Below are positions 26,508 to 35,933 of a stretch of 55,740 nucleotides of DNA, piece by piece. The DNA is from a virus. Lineage: Duplodnaviria > Caudoviricetes. The stretch is from the IMG/VR virus record IMGVR_UViG_3300005805_000112, positions 1-55,740 of that record. The stretch is one strand, 5' to 3'. The translations under genes and the position numbers were made by a program. Position 1 is the stretch's first letter. Every line of letters starts with the position of its first letter. The notes beneath the pieces are model-generated. The model made no database searches and was not told the DNA's origin. It worked only from the letters and a program-made list of their open reading frames with translations.

Positions 26508-27119
26508 ATGATCACACCAGAAATCCTTAAAGAGTGCCTTCCAGAGGCTTCTATGCAATCATGCCAGGCATTTGCAGAACCAATGGCTGCTGCATGCGCT
26601 GAATTTGAAATTAACACTCCAATGAGACTTGCTGCGTTTATTGCCCAGGTTGGTCACGAGAGTGGCAACCTTCGTTTTGTCAAAGAAAATCTCAACTACA
26701 GTGCCCAGGGACTTGTCAAGGTTTTTCCCAAGTATTTTAATGAACAGACAGCAATGCAGTATCAGCGTAACCCAGAAGCAATTGCAAATAGAGTCTACGC
26801 AAACAGAATGGGCAATGGTCCTGAAGATTCAGGCGAGGGATGGGCTTATCGTGGTAGAGGACTAATTCAGTTGACTGGGAAGAACAATTATTATACATGT
26901 ATGGAGGCACTTGGTATTGACGATCCGTCATATTTTGAAACTCCTGAGGGAGCTGCCCGTTCGGCTGCTTGGTTCTGGAACAGCAGGAATCTAAATGCTG
27001 TGGCAGACACAGGTGACATTAAAAAGATGACAAAGCTGATTAATGGGGGCTTTATTGGCCTAGAAGATAGAATTAAGCACTACAATCACGCACTCGATGT
27101 TTTCAACAATCTGAGCTGA
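26508..27119 (+). CDS. Endolysin, glycoside hydrolase family 19
   Basis: AAFIAQVGHES, ENLNYS, YRGRGLIQLTGKNNY, TKLINGG. Confidence 0.92.
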   Translation: MITPEILKECLPEASMQSCQAFAEPMAAACAEFEINTPMRLAAFIAQVGHESGNLRFVKENLNYSAQGLVKVFPKYFNEQTAMQYQRNPEAIANRVYANRMGNGPEDSGEGWAYRGRGLIQLTGKNNYYTCMEALGIDDPSYFETPEGAARSAAWFWNSRNLNAVADTGDIKKMTKLINGGFIGLEDRIKHYNHALDVFNNLS

Positions 27120-27120
27120 G

Positions 27121-27588
27121 TTGATGTTCGGTTTTCTTGCTTCAAAAGCAGTCGTTTTTGTTGTTCTAGCCTCTGTCAGCAGTGGAGGATATTTCTATGT
27201 CCAAAGCCTAAGACACCAGCTCCAGGCTGCTGTAGAGGCACAACAGAAACTTGAAGACGCTATCAAAGCTCGCGATCTTGTGATGAAGAAACAGCAAGAA
27301 GACATGGAGAACATTAGAAAGATTAACATAGAACTCAACAATAAGTTCAACAATGCACAAAAAGATGTCTCAGACCTTCAAAAGAAGTTCAGAGAGTCTA
27401 ATGGAAAGGCTAGAAACTTAAGTGATATGGCTAACAAAAAGCCAAGAGAAATTGAAGAAAGACTTAATAGAGGAACAAAAATGGCTCTTCGTTGCAATGA
27501 GCTTGCAACTGGAGCTTCATTGAAATCTGAAGATGATAAAAACACAATTTGCCCAGAGCTAGTCAAGAGTAAGAAAGAAGCCAAATGA
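27121..27588 (+). CDS. Putative inner-membrane spanin (Rz-like)
   Basis: N-terminal TM and long coiled coil, directly after endolysin. Confidence 0.7.
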   Translation: MMFGFLASKAVVFVVLASVSSGGYFYVQSLRHQLQAAVEAQQKLEDAIKARDLVMKKQQEDMENIRKINIELNNKFNNAQKDVSDLQKKFRESNGKARNLSDMANKKPREIEERLNRGTKMALRCNELATGASLKSEDDKNTICPELVKSKKEAK

Positions 27589-27983
27589 AGTACATAATGC
27601 TGGTGGTTGCTGCATTGTCGCTGGCAGCATGCGGTTCAACAAGTCCAAAAATTATTGAGAAACCTATTCTAGTTGATCGTCCCCAGTTGATAGTTCCAGA
27701 GGTGCGACCAGTTGACCAGATTCAATTTGACTGGGTTGTTATTAACAAAGACAACATCAACAACGTTATGAAGGACTTTGAAGACAAAGGACAAATGTTT
27801 GTGTTGTTTGCACTGACCCCAACAGGCTATGAAGCATTGAGTGTCAACACAGCTGAGCTAAGACGTTTCATTGTCCAGCAGCAACAAGTTATCATCGCCT
27901 ACAAAGATTATTATGGAAAGAAAGTTGAAGAGCCAAAAGAAGACAAACCAGAAGAGAAAAAGCCTTTCTGGAAGATTTTTTAA
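27585..27983 (+). CDS. Putative outer-membrane spanin lipoprotein (Rz1-like)
   Basis: Lipobox LAACG; Pro-rich N-region; overlaps i-spanin stop. Confidence 0.7.
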   Translation: MKYIMLVVAALSLAACGSTSPKIIEKPILVDRPQLIVPEVRPVDQIQFDWVVINKDNINNVMKDFEDKGQMFVLFALTPTGYEALSVNTAELRRFIVQQQQVIIAYKDYYGKKVEEPKEDKPEEKKPFWKIF

Positions 27984-27992
27984 GAGGTAGTC

Positions 27993-28472
27993 ATGCCTGA
28001 AGTATCGACAGAACTTAAAACAGCAGATGGAAAACCAGCCGAAGACTGGATGAGCAAGAAATGGCGTCCTATGATGGGCTGGGTCTACATGATCACATGC
28101 TCTGTAGACTTCATCTTATTTCCTGTTCTTTGGAGCATTCTACAAACAGTCAGTAATGGTCAGGTGACTAGCCAATGGAATCCAATCACACTTCAAGGAG
28201 CAGGGTTGTACCATCTTGCGATGGGCGCTGTTCTTGGTGTTGCTGCATGGTCTAGAGGCCAGGAGAAGATGGCTGGCATGAATTCTGGAATGAACATGGG
28301 TGGGGGCATGGGAATGGGAGGTGTGGGCAGCATGAGCTCATCTGGCATGGGAATGAATCGCCAGTTTTCACCTTCTCTAAATACATCATCTGGATTTGCA
28401 AGCAGACCTGCATCAAGACTTCCAGACACAGACATGGATGATGCAGATGCAAACATTCACCGTAAAGTTTAA
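27993..28472 (+). CDS. Putative holin (GTA 3-TM holin-like)
   Basis: KWRPMMGWVY, TM segments, in lysis cassette. Confidence 0.65.
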   Translation: MPEVSTELKTADGKPAEDWMSKKWRPMMGWVYMITCSVDFILFPVLWSILQTVSNGQVTSQWNPITLQGAGLYHLAMGAVLGVAAWSRGQEKMAGMNSGMNMGGGMGMGGVGSMSSSGMGMNRQFSPSLNTSSGFASRPASRLPDTDMDDADANIHRKV

Positions 28473-28483
28473 GGAGACTACAA

Positions 28484-28639
28484 ATGGACTTTATTCTAGT
28501 TGTTCTAGCTTTGCTTATTAGCAAAGAAATGTTTTGGTTTGTTGCAGGTCTTTTGGTAGGATGGAATGTTCTTCCTCAACCTGCATGGATCAAGACACTT
28601 GTTGATAGAGTAGTAGCAAAGATTTGGAAGAGAGGATAA
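28484..28639 (+). CDS. Small membrane protein (51 aa, not in ORF track)
   Basis: AAGGAG RBS; MDFILVVLALLISKEMFWFVAGLLVGWNVLPQPAW. Confidence 0.6.
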   Translation: MDFILVVLALLISKEMFWFVAGLLVGWNVLPQPAWIKTLVDRVVAKIWKRG

Positions 28640-28642
28640 GTT

Positions 28643-29080
28643 GTGGCAAACGTGGTCGACTTTGCAAAAGTAGCCTTTGCAGACACATTTTCATTCTACT
28701 TGAAGACTCACTACTATCACTGGAATGTCGAAGGTAATCTGTTTCCAATGATTCATGAGTTCTTTGAGAAGATCTACACAGAGGTCTACGGAGCAGTCGA
28801 TCCTTTTGCAGAGTTTATTCGGACACTTGGTGCATATGCTCCAGGCACCCTGTCAAGATTGGGTGAGATCACAACAATTGAACAATCAGACACTATTCCA
28901 AGTCAAATGGAAATGATGTCAAACCTTCTTGTTGATAACAACAAGGTGATTAAGTCATTGATTGCTGCTTTTGAGCAGGCTAACACATCTTCCGAGCTTT
29001 CTGGCTTCGCAAACTTCTTGCAGGACAGAATAGCCGCACACAAGAAACACGAATGGATGCTAAAGGCAACACTCAAATGA
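28643..29080 (+). CDS. dps: Dps/ferritin-like DNA protection protein
   Basis: LKTHYYHWNVEG..F..IHEFFE, D..AE.IR.LG, K..WML. Confidence 0.9.
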   Translation: MANVVDFAKVAFADTFSFYLKTHYYHWNVEGNLFPMIHEFFEKIYTEVYGAVDPFAEFIRTLGAYAPGTLSRLGEITTIEQSDTIPSQMEMMSNLLVDNNKVIKSLIAAFEQANTSSELSGFANFLQDRIAAHKKHEWMLKATLK

Positions 29081-29643
29081 AATTTAGATCACTAGAAAGC
29101 ACAATCAGGGGCGTTCTTACTCGCAAGCTATCAGAACAAAGAGTAGAAACAGATCCTAACGATCAAATTATTGCTGGCGGTTACAGATCCAAGCACTTTG
29201 AAATGAGTGCACCTGCTCAAAAGTTGTATTCAAAGCTTCCCAAAGATTCAGATCCAGATGCTGTAGAGCAGTCTGTGATTGCTCACGATAAACTGTTTGC
29301 AATTGAAAAGAAAGTGGCGCTTTCTGGTGTGGCAAACGACTCAGATATCAGAGTTGCCAATCAACTTGCAGATCAAATTGCAGGGCATGCAAAAGATCTT
29401 AAGCTGTCAAAAGAGCACGAATACATCAAGACCAACCTTAAGAACATCACATCTAAGTACAAGAAGCTTGATGATAAGTTGAAGCCTGGGGAGGATCCTC
29501 TTTCTAAGGAAAGATTTACAAGAGTTCCTACAGATCCAGACAAGTACGAAAAACGAGATCAGGACATCGATAATATGCCTGAATTTATCAGAAGCCGTGG
29601 TCTTAGAGCACAACGTAAGCTAAAAATCATTGATGCCGATTGA
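29077..29643 (+). CDS. Hypothetical protein
   Basis: ATGA coupling to dps. Confidence 0.6.
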   Translation: MKFRSLESTIRGVLTRKLSEQRVETDPNDQIIAGGYRSKHFEMSAPAQKLYSKLPKDSDPDAVEQSVIAHDKLFAIEKKVALSGVANDSDIRVANQLADQIAGHAKDLKLSKEHEYIKTNLKNITSKYKKLDDKLKPGEDPLSKERFTRVPTDPDKYEKRDQDIDNMPEFIRSRGLRAQRKLKIIDAD

Positions 29644-29645
29644 TT

Positions 29646-29653
29646 TATAAATA
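29646..29653 (+). promoter_or_regulatory. T4 late promoter (perfect consensus)
   Basis: TATAAATA. Confidence 0.7.
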
Positions 29654-29684
29654 CCAGCAACCAAACCCTTGCAAGGATTCTACT

Positions 29685-31412
29685 ATGTCAAATAAGCTGT
29701 TTAACCTAAATGAAAACGTAATTAACACTGTAAGAAATGTTCTAGTCAACTCCCAGGAACAAGAAATCAATAGCCTCGTTGAGCAAGCAACATCACTGTT
29801 CTTTGCTCACAATAAGGACACGTCGAAGACACTTCCTGTGTTTGTCAAAGAATATGTCATGAAAAAGACAATGAATCCTGCTCTTGCAACAATCTGCGAG
29901 ACCGTCGCAAAGGATAACGAGAAGAATCTGACTGAGACGGTAGAACGCAGAAGCCCACAGATGCTGAATGAAGCTGCTGGTTCAATGCCTAGAAGTGCAA
30001 AAGAAAAGAAGCTTGCAGCAATGGCTCATCCAAAAGACAAGATCACACACAAGGACGTCCTTGTTGGACGTGGTGTTGTTGCTAAGGAAGAAGTCGAACA
30101 AATCGATGAGCTGAAGTCTTCTACTCTAGCAAGCTACACTGTAAAAGCCAGCAAGAGTGCAATCGGTACAGCTGCTGCTGGAGACAGTCGTACGACAAAA
30201 AACAGAAAGTTTGGCATTGAGCGTGCTGTAAGCAAGCTGTACAAGAGAGCGCCAGATGCTCCTAAGGATCCTTGGGAGGATCCAAGATTCTACAACGCCC
30301 AATTTAAGAATAGACAGGAGTCAACAGACACTCCAGGCAACAGCTACAAGCATCAGTGCGCAATTCACGTCAAGCACGAGCAGTTTGGCGAAGGCAGAAC
30401 AATCTTCAGCCAGCATGCTGAGCCAGACCACAATGGAAACATTGCTTGGTACGATGTGATGTTTGACCATGGCATCGAGAAGCAGGTTTCTATTAATGAG
30501 ATGCAGGTGCTTCAGAGTGAGAGCCATATGATGCACAAGAAAAAGAAGATGAAGGAAGATGTTGAGCAGATCGATGAGTTGAGCAAGGACACTGTCGGAA
30601 GTTATGCTCTAAAGGCCCATAGACGTGGTGACATGGCAACAAGAATGTCAAAAAATGCAAACGACGATATGGGTAAAATTGCCAGAAAAAAATATGGATA
30701 CACTCAATTGGCCATCAGAAAACTTTCTGGTAATGCACGAGTAAATGCAACCGAAGAAGTTGAGCAGATCGATGAGATCTCTGGAGATATGGCAAGCCGC
30801 TATATTAGCAAGGCCAAAGCAAATGCAAAAAAAACCTTTTGGAACGCAGATCCGGACGAGCGTGATATTGGAGAAACAGGTCGCACTCTAGAAAAGAGAA
30901 AAAAGGGCATCGCTATGGCTCTCAAAAAGAAATATGGTGGCGCCGATGTCAAAGTGAGAACAACAGAAGAAGTTGAGCAGGTTGATGAGATGATGTCTGA
31001 TCCAGAAACGCTTCGTGCTGATAGAAGCTCGGAAACAAGAACGACACCATCTGGTAGAAGAATTGTTGTAAAGAAGCCAAAGAAGGATCTGAAGATTGAG
31101 GAAGTTGAATATGTAGACGAGGCAAAGCGCGGTCGCCCTCGTAAGAATCCTCTTCCAGCAGGTCAGACACCACAAGAAGGCGATAAAGAACACTTCATCA
31201 TGCAGCTAAGAAAGTCTGTCTCGATGAGAGGCAAAAAGGACGTTGAGTTTGACAATGGTGATAAAGTCAAGGTTCCTTCTCATATTGCAGCGGCTGTTCT
31301 AGATCACTACAATTCTCTGAAGACCGCAGAGCAAAAGGACAGACTGCATAAGTCAGTTTCTAAGTCACCTAAGCACCTGATGTCTCACTACGAGATGTAC
31401 CATGGGAATTGA
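29685..31412 (+). CDS. Modular prohead core/internal head polyprotein-like protein
   Basis: Five E(E/D)VE(Q/Y)(I/V)DE linkers; AT-hook-like KRGRPRK; late promoter. Confidence 0.6.
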   Translation: MSNKLFNLNENVINTVRNVLVNSQEQEINSLVEQATSLFFAHNKDTSKTLPVFVKEYVMKKTMNPALATICETVAKDNEKNLTETVERRSPQMLNEAAGSMPRSAKEKKLAAMAHPKDKITHKDVLVGRGVVAKEEVEQIDELKSSTLASYTVKASKSAIGTAAAGDSRTTKNRKFGIERAVSKLYKRAPDAPKDPWEDPRFYNAQFKNRQESTDTPGNSYKHQCAIHVKHEQFGEGRTIFSQHAEPDHNGNIAWYDVMFDHGIEKQVSINEMQVLQSESHMMHKKKKMKEDVEQIDELSKDTVGSYALKAHRRGDMATRMSKNANDDMGKIARKKYGYTQLAIRKLSGNARVNATEEVEQIDEISGDMASRYISKAKANAKKTFWNADPDERDIGETGRTLEKRKKGIAMALKKKYGGADVKVRTTEEVEQVDEMMSDPETLRADRSSETRTTPSGRRIVVKKPKKDLKIEEVEYVDEAKRGRPRKNPLPAGQTPQEGDKEHFIMQLRKSVSMRGKKDVEFDNGDKVKVPSHIAAAVLDHYNSLKTAEQKDRLHKSVSKSPKHLMSHYEMYHGN

Positions 31413-31647
31413 GGTCAAAGGGTCTATCGTATTCTCGGGCAATCAAAAGCCCGAGATACGGACAGACACAAAGACATTTGCTCAGCTAAGAGATGAAGCT
31501 CTGAAACAGCAAGAATCTTATATTCAGAGGCAAGAAGCCAAGCAGTTTCTCTCAGAAGTAGAGACAAACAACTTGATTGGTCATGGGACTAGCAATACTG
31601 TCTTCTTCAAAGATTCTAAGTATTTGTTAGATATGTTGAAAGAATGA
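31402..31647 (+). CDS. Hypothetical protein
   Basis: ORF overlapping upstream stop. Confidence 0.5.
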   Translation: MGIEVKGSIVFSGNQKPEIRTDTKTFAQLRDEALKQQESYIQRQEAKQFLSEVETNNLIGHGTSNTVFFKDSKYLLDMLKE

Positions 31648-31686
31648 CACTAATAAATACAAAGGAATAAGAAAGGATCAATCACA

Positions 31687-32520
31687 ATGTCACAATGGAA
31701 GAATGACGACAGCGCAGCAAACTCAGTTTTGTGGGGTGTCGTCCAGTATAACAAGGCAGGTAATTCTGCTAACAGAGACACATTTTTTAACAACACCACA
31801 CCAAGCGCATATGTCACTGGCATTACAGTTGGCCAGTTTGGTGTGGATGCAACAGAAACCAGCGTTAGCAATGGCGCCGTGAGAGAAGTTGTGTTCACGA
31901 GCCGTGGTTCTGGTTACGGAGCTAATGCGGCAGTGACTGTTTCTGGCGGTGCCGGCAACTCTGTGGCTGCAGCAGCAAACGCAGAAGCAAATTCATCGGG
32001 TAGAATCACAGCAATCAACTTCACAAACAATGGAGTTGGATACACAGTTGCTCCAATTCTGACAGTAGCTGCTCCATCAGCTGTCACCTTCAATGCATTG
32101 ACTGCAGTTTCTAACACAAACGACACAATTACATTATCATCTGCTAACAGCTTGTTCCTTGCCGGTGACAGAGTTCAGTATCTTGTTGCAGCAGGAAACA
32201 CAGCAATCAGCCCGCTTTCAAACGCAAGCTTTTACTACATTTCATTCTCAAACACGACTGTAGTCAAACTAGCTGCTACTTCCGGTGGTGCTAACCTTGA
32301 CCTCACTGCATCAGTTTCAGAGACGGGTCATTCCTTGACAGGTGAAACTGCAACTGTTGCAGCTGTCCTTAGCGGCAACAAAGGAATTGCACACGCTGGT
32401 TGGGTCGTCAGAACAGTAGGAACTGGGGGCAGAGCAGGTAGAGTCCAGCATGAAACACTTGTAGCCATGGGTTCAATGTCTGGTGATGCATCAGATGATA
32501 CTCAGATCCCTGACGCCTGA
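31687..32520 (+). CDS. Probable head decoration/fibre protein
   Basis: ATAAATA at 31653; Ala/Thr/Ser/Gly-rich; C-terminal HAGWV...GRV..ETLVAM. Confidence 0.65.
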   Translation: MSQWKNDDSAANSVLWGVVQYNKAGNSANRDTFFNNTTPSAYVTGITVGQFGVDATETSVSNGAVREVVFTSRGSGYGANAAVTVSGGAGNSVAAAANAEANSSGRITAINFTNNGVGYTVAPILTVAAPSAVTFNALTAVSNTNDTITLSSANSLFLAGDRVQYLVAAGNTAISPLSNASFYYISFSNTTVVKLAATSGGANLDLTASVSETGHSLTGETATVAAVLSGNKGIAHAGWVVRTVGTGGRAGRVQHETLVAMGSMSGDASDDTQIPDA

Positions 32521-32538
32521 TAGGTAGAGTGATTTAAA

Positions 32539-32826
32539 ATGACAGATCGTGCCAAGAAGATTTCCGAATTGACATCGTTGACAGCACCAGTGGCCGACGA
32601 CCTTCTTGTTATTGTAGATGATCCATCTGGAACCACACCAGAGACTAAAAAGATCACAGTCGCTAATCTTCTTGGCAACTCATCAGCAAATGTAGTGATT
32701 CGCAATGTTACCCCAGCAAACAGCACAATCACTGTGACGAAGGGAACAATTTTCTTCGACACATCTTATCTCTACATTGCAACAGCAAACAACACTCTAA
32801 AGAGGGTTGCTCTATCGTCATTCTGA
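32539..32826 (+). CDS. Small structural protein
   Basis: KKISELTSL..P..DDLLVIVD, GTIFFDTSYLYIA..N.LKRVAL. Confidence 0.6.
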   Translation: MTDRAKKISELTSLTAPVADDLLVIVDDPSGTTPETKKITVANLLGNSSANVVIRNVTPANSTITVTKGTIFFDTSYLYIATANNTLKRVALSSF

Positions 32827-32827
32827 C

Positions 32828-33223
32828 ATGGCTCGTGAAAAACTTGACGATACCAACTTCTTGCTATATGCTGCAAAACACTATGACAACAAACAGTGTT
32901 ACGACACTATAGAGTTCTACGAAGACTTAAATCATTTTAAGTATTTGAAACGTTTATTCAAGAAGTACAAAGAAACACAAGACCTAAAAGAACGTTTGAT
33001 TATTAATCATCTGGTAACACTGTACAACTTGTTTGGTCCAGAACCTACTACAAGAATGTTGTTTGTCAAACTTAGTGAATACAGAGGGGAATTGAAACCG
33101 TTTCTTGTTTTGCTTGGCGTGATGCCTGATGTTATACAGAATGTTGGCATGGTAAATGAAAACATCATAAGCAGCAATATTTCTATGGACCCATACATAG
33201 TAGAAGCACTAAGGAAAATATGA
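32828..33223 (+). CDS. Conserved T4-like hypothetical protein
   Basis: NFLLYAAKHYDN, EFYEDL..FKYLKRL, ERLIINH. Confidence 0.75.
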   Translation: MAREKLDDTNFLLYAAKHYDNKQCYDTIEFYEDLNHFKYLKRLFKKYKETQDLKERLIINHLVTLYNLFGPEPTTRMLFVKLSEYRGELKPFLVLLGVMPDVIQNVGMVNENIISSNISMDPYIVEALRKI

Positions 33224-33224
33224 C

Positions 33225-33707
33225 ATGGGTTCAATTTCAGACTATTATCTTGCATACCAATTTCTAAAAAGAATTATCACTCCTTTTGAGCAATGGGAAG
33301 CGTATAAACTCGGTGTCATTGACAAGAATGGCAAACAGCTTATTCCTTCAAATAAACTAACACCTCAACAGGTCAATGCGTTTGGATACTTTGACAGAGT
33401 CACAACTAGACTAAAGCAACTTCTTGCAAAGGTTCCTGGAGGCCAATCGCAGCTTGCTTCCTATGCTGCTGCTTATCTTCTTGTCCGCGAACAAGACCAC
33501 GAAAAGTTAATGAAGAATGAACTTCGCTTCCAAGAGAAGTTTAACAACCAGCTCCGCAACCTGACTGAAGAGATGGTTTCTGCCATTCCTATGAATGCAG
33601 CAGGAACAGGGAATGTTGCGGGGATTGGTGTAGGTCCTCAAGGTGAACCTCCAGTCAAAAGAAAGACAAAGAAAAAAATGCTGAGAAGGATTGTCTCAGG
33701 TGGTTGA
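33225..33707 (+). CDS. T4 gp61.1-like protein
   Basis: YQFLKRIITPFEQWEAYKLGVIDKNG; upstream of primase. Confidence 0.7.
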   Translation: MGSISDYYLAYQFLKRIITPFEQWEAYKLGVIDKNGKQLIPSNKLTPQQVNAFGYFDRVTTRLKQLLAKVPGGQSQLASYAAAYLLVREQDHEKLMKNELRFQEKFNNQLRNLTEEMVSAIPMNAAGTGNVAGIGVGPQGEPPVKRKTKKKMLRRIVSGG

Positions 33708-34098
33708 GCATGACTTTGCAACAAAACTAGCAATCCTTGAAAAGGACATCTCACAGATTACAATTCTGTTTGAGAAACTAGATATAACTATTGACAAGTT
33801 GTCACAAGTATCATCACAAATTAATCAACTACTTGCTGTTCATGATGAAAAGATCGAACGTTCTATAAAGATAGAGCAAGAGATATTCTCACTTCTTGAA
33901 GCACGTCGTAAAGAAGTGAACGAACAGTTTGATGCTATCAAAAGACAAATGACAGAAGAAAGCCGAATCCATTCCAAAGAACATGCCGAGCTAGATGTTC
34001 GTCTGAAAAATCTAGAAATGTGGAGATGGATGGTTGTGGGAGCTTCCGCTGTTGTTGGTTTTCTAATCTCAAAGATTAATTTTCCTTTCTTTAAGTAA
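33691..34098 (+). CDS. Coiled-coil protein with C-terminal TM
   Basis: LAVHDEKI, LE.WRW.VVG. Confidence 0.65.
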   Translation: MSQVVEHDFATKLAILEKDISQITILFEKLDITIDKLSQVSSQINQLLAVHDEKIERSIKIEQEIFSLLEARRKEVNEQFDAIKRQMTEESRIHSKEHAELDVRLKNLEMWRWMVVGASAVVGFLISKINFPFFK

Positions 34099-34156
34099 CC
34101 GTTGTCGCCTTTAAAAGGCTAAGTATAATTCATCTGCAACCATGAAGGATTAGCAG

Positions 34157-35182
34157 ATGCTTTGGATTGACAATAGGTTTGTGGGTCTACTTTCAAACAG
34201 ATTGGATCGCTTCTCTCGCAAGGATGACAAGACAGTCAACTGCCGTTGCCCTGTCTGCGGGGATTCTCAAAAGAACAAGCGAAAGGCAAGAGGATACATC
34301 TATCAGAAAAATGGTAGAACTGTCTATCACTGCCACAACTGCAACATTACTCTATCGCTAGGGGGTCTGCTTAAACACGTCGACCCTCTTCTTCATGATG
34401 AGTATCTCAAAGAAATTGCACTCGAGAAGGCGGCAAACACTACATCTCAAAAGCCAGATCCTATCACGATTGTCAAGAGGCCTAAGTACATTGATTCACC
34501 ACTAGGACTCCTTAAGAAGATCTCGCAACTCGCTCCAAATCACCCCGCAAAGAGGTATGTTGAAGCTAGGAAAATTCCGCCTAGCAGCCATTACAAATTG
34601 TTCTATTGCCCCAGATTCTATTTGTGGACAAATTCTATTGTTCCAGGCAAGTTTAATGACGAGGTCCTTGCAAAAGACCATGCAAGGTTAATACTTCCTT
34701 TCCTTGACACAAAAAAAGATTTCTTTGGATATCAGGGAAGATCGCTGAACCCTAAGGATCCAGTCAGATATATAACGATCATCACTGACGACACGAAGCC
34801 TAAAATCTTCGGACTAGATACAGTCGACACAAACAGTTGTGTGTATATTGTAGAAGGTCCGATCGATAGCCTTTTTGTCAGTAATGCAGTGGCAATGGCA
34901 GGATCCGATATATCAAAGTCGAAACTTGCTGACGCAGGAATAACAGATTGTGTGTTTGTGTTTGATAATGAACCAAGAAATAAACAAATTGTTGCTCGAA
35001 TCCTTAAGGTCCTAGAAGATGGTTTTAGAGTTTGCATTTGGCCTGAATCTGTTGTCGAGAAGGATATCAATGACATGATTCTTTCTGGGATGACTAAGTC
35101 CGATGTCGAGATGATAATTGCTTTGAATACATTCGAAGGCCTTGCTGGTATTGCTTTGCTTAATCAATGGAAGAGGTGCTAA
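34157..35182 (+). CDS. gp61: DNA primase (T4 gp61-like)
   Basis: Zn finger CPVCGDS...CHNC, YQGR, VEGPIDS, FDNEPRN, KDIND. Confidence 0.95.
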   Translation: MLWIDNRFVGLLSNRLDRFSRKDDKTVNCRCPVCGDSQKNKRKARGYIYQKNGRTVYHCHNCNITLSLGGLLKHVDPLLHDEYLKEIALEKAANTTSQKPDPITIVKRPKYIDSPLGLLKKISQLAPNHPAKRYVEARKIPPSSHYKLFYCPRFYLWTNSIVPGKFNDEVLAKDHARLILPFLDTKKDFFGYQGRSLNPKDPVRYITIITDDTKPKIFGLDTVDTNSCVYIVEGPIDSLFVSNAVAMAGSDISKSKLADAGITDCVFVFDNEPRNKQIVARILKVLEDGFRVCIWPESVVEKDINDMILSGMTKSDVEMIIALNTFEGLAGIALLNQWKRC

Positions 35183-35183
35183 A

Positions 35184-35933
35184 ATGTATATTCCTAATGG
35201 AAACGGTATGTCTGTCGAGATGATAGATCATATGGGAGATGACTACTCTGTTGTTAATGCTGCGAGGGTCTCGTTTGCGAAGCACGTGTCTGCAGAAGAT
35301 TACATCGATACTCAATATGGAATTCGACAGCCGACAGATGCCGTGATTCCTGTTGTGGCAAATAAGGATGAAAAACTAATCAAGTATCTTGCCGAGCACA
35401 ATCACATCATCCCGTTTGCTCATGCGTCTCTTCAGTTCTATATTAAGGCCCCAATCTTTGTGGCACGACAGCTTGGTAAGCACCAAGTTGGTCTTGCATG
35501 GAATGAAATTTCCAGACGATATGTCGATGTAGAGGTAAATTGCTGGAATACTTCTGAGTGGAGAGAGCGAGCTGTCAATAAGAAGCAGGGCAGTAAAGAC
35601 ACCTTTGTTGATGATCACAATGCAACGAGAAAGTCAGTTAGTGATGCTTATGAAGAAGCAATTAACAAAGCTATCGAGACGTATGAATACATGCTGAGCA
35701 TTGGTGTGTGCCCAGAACAAGCACGCGCCGTTCTTCCACAAAGCATGTTCACAGAGTGGTATTGGACAGGATCGTTGCTTGCATTTGCAAGAGTCGTTAA
35801 TCTGCGGCTTGACGAGCATGCTCAGGCCGAAGTTCGTTTTATCGCATCAGAAATTTCACAACAAGCCAGTAAATTGTTTCCCGTTTGCTGGAAGTATCTA
35901 ACACAGAAGGACAACAAACATGGTTCAAATTAA
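35184..35933 (+). CDS. thyX: Flavin-dependent thymidylate synthase
   Basis: VVNAARVSF, APIFVARQL.KH, WNEISRRY, PEQARAVLP, HAQAE. Confidence 0.93.
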   Translation: MYIPNGNGMSVEMIDHMGDDYSVVNAARVSFAKHVSAEDYIDTQYGIRQPTDAVIPVVANKDEKLIKYLAEHNHIIPFAHASLQFYIKAPIFVARQLGKHQVGLAWNEISRRYVDVEVNCWNTSEWRERAVNKKQGSKDTFVDDHNATRKSVSDAYEEAINKAIETYEYMLSIGVCPEQARAVLPQSMFTEWYWTGSLLAFARVVNLRLDEHAQAEVRFIASEISQQASKLFPVCWKYLTQKDNKHGSN

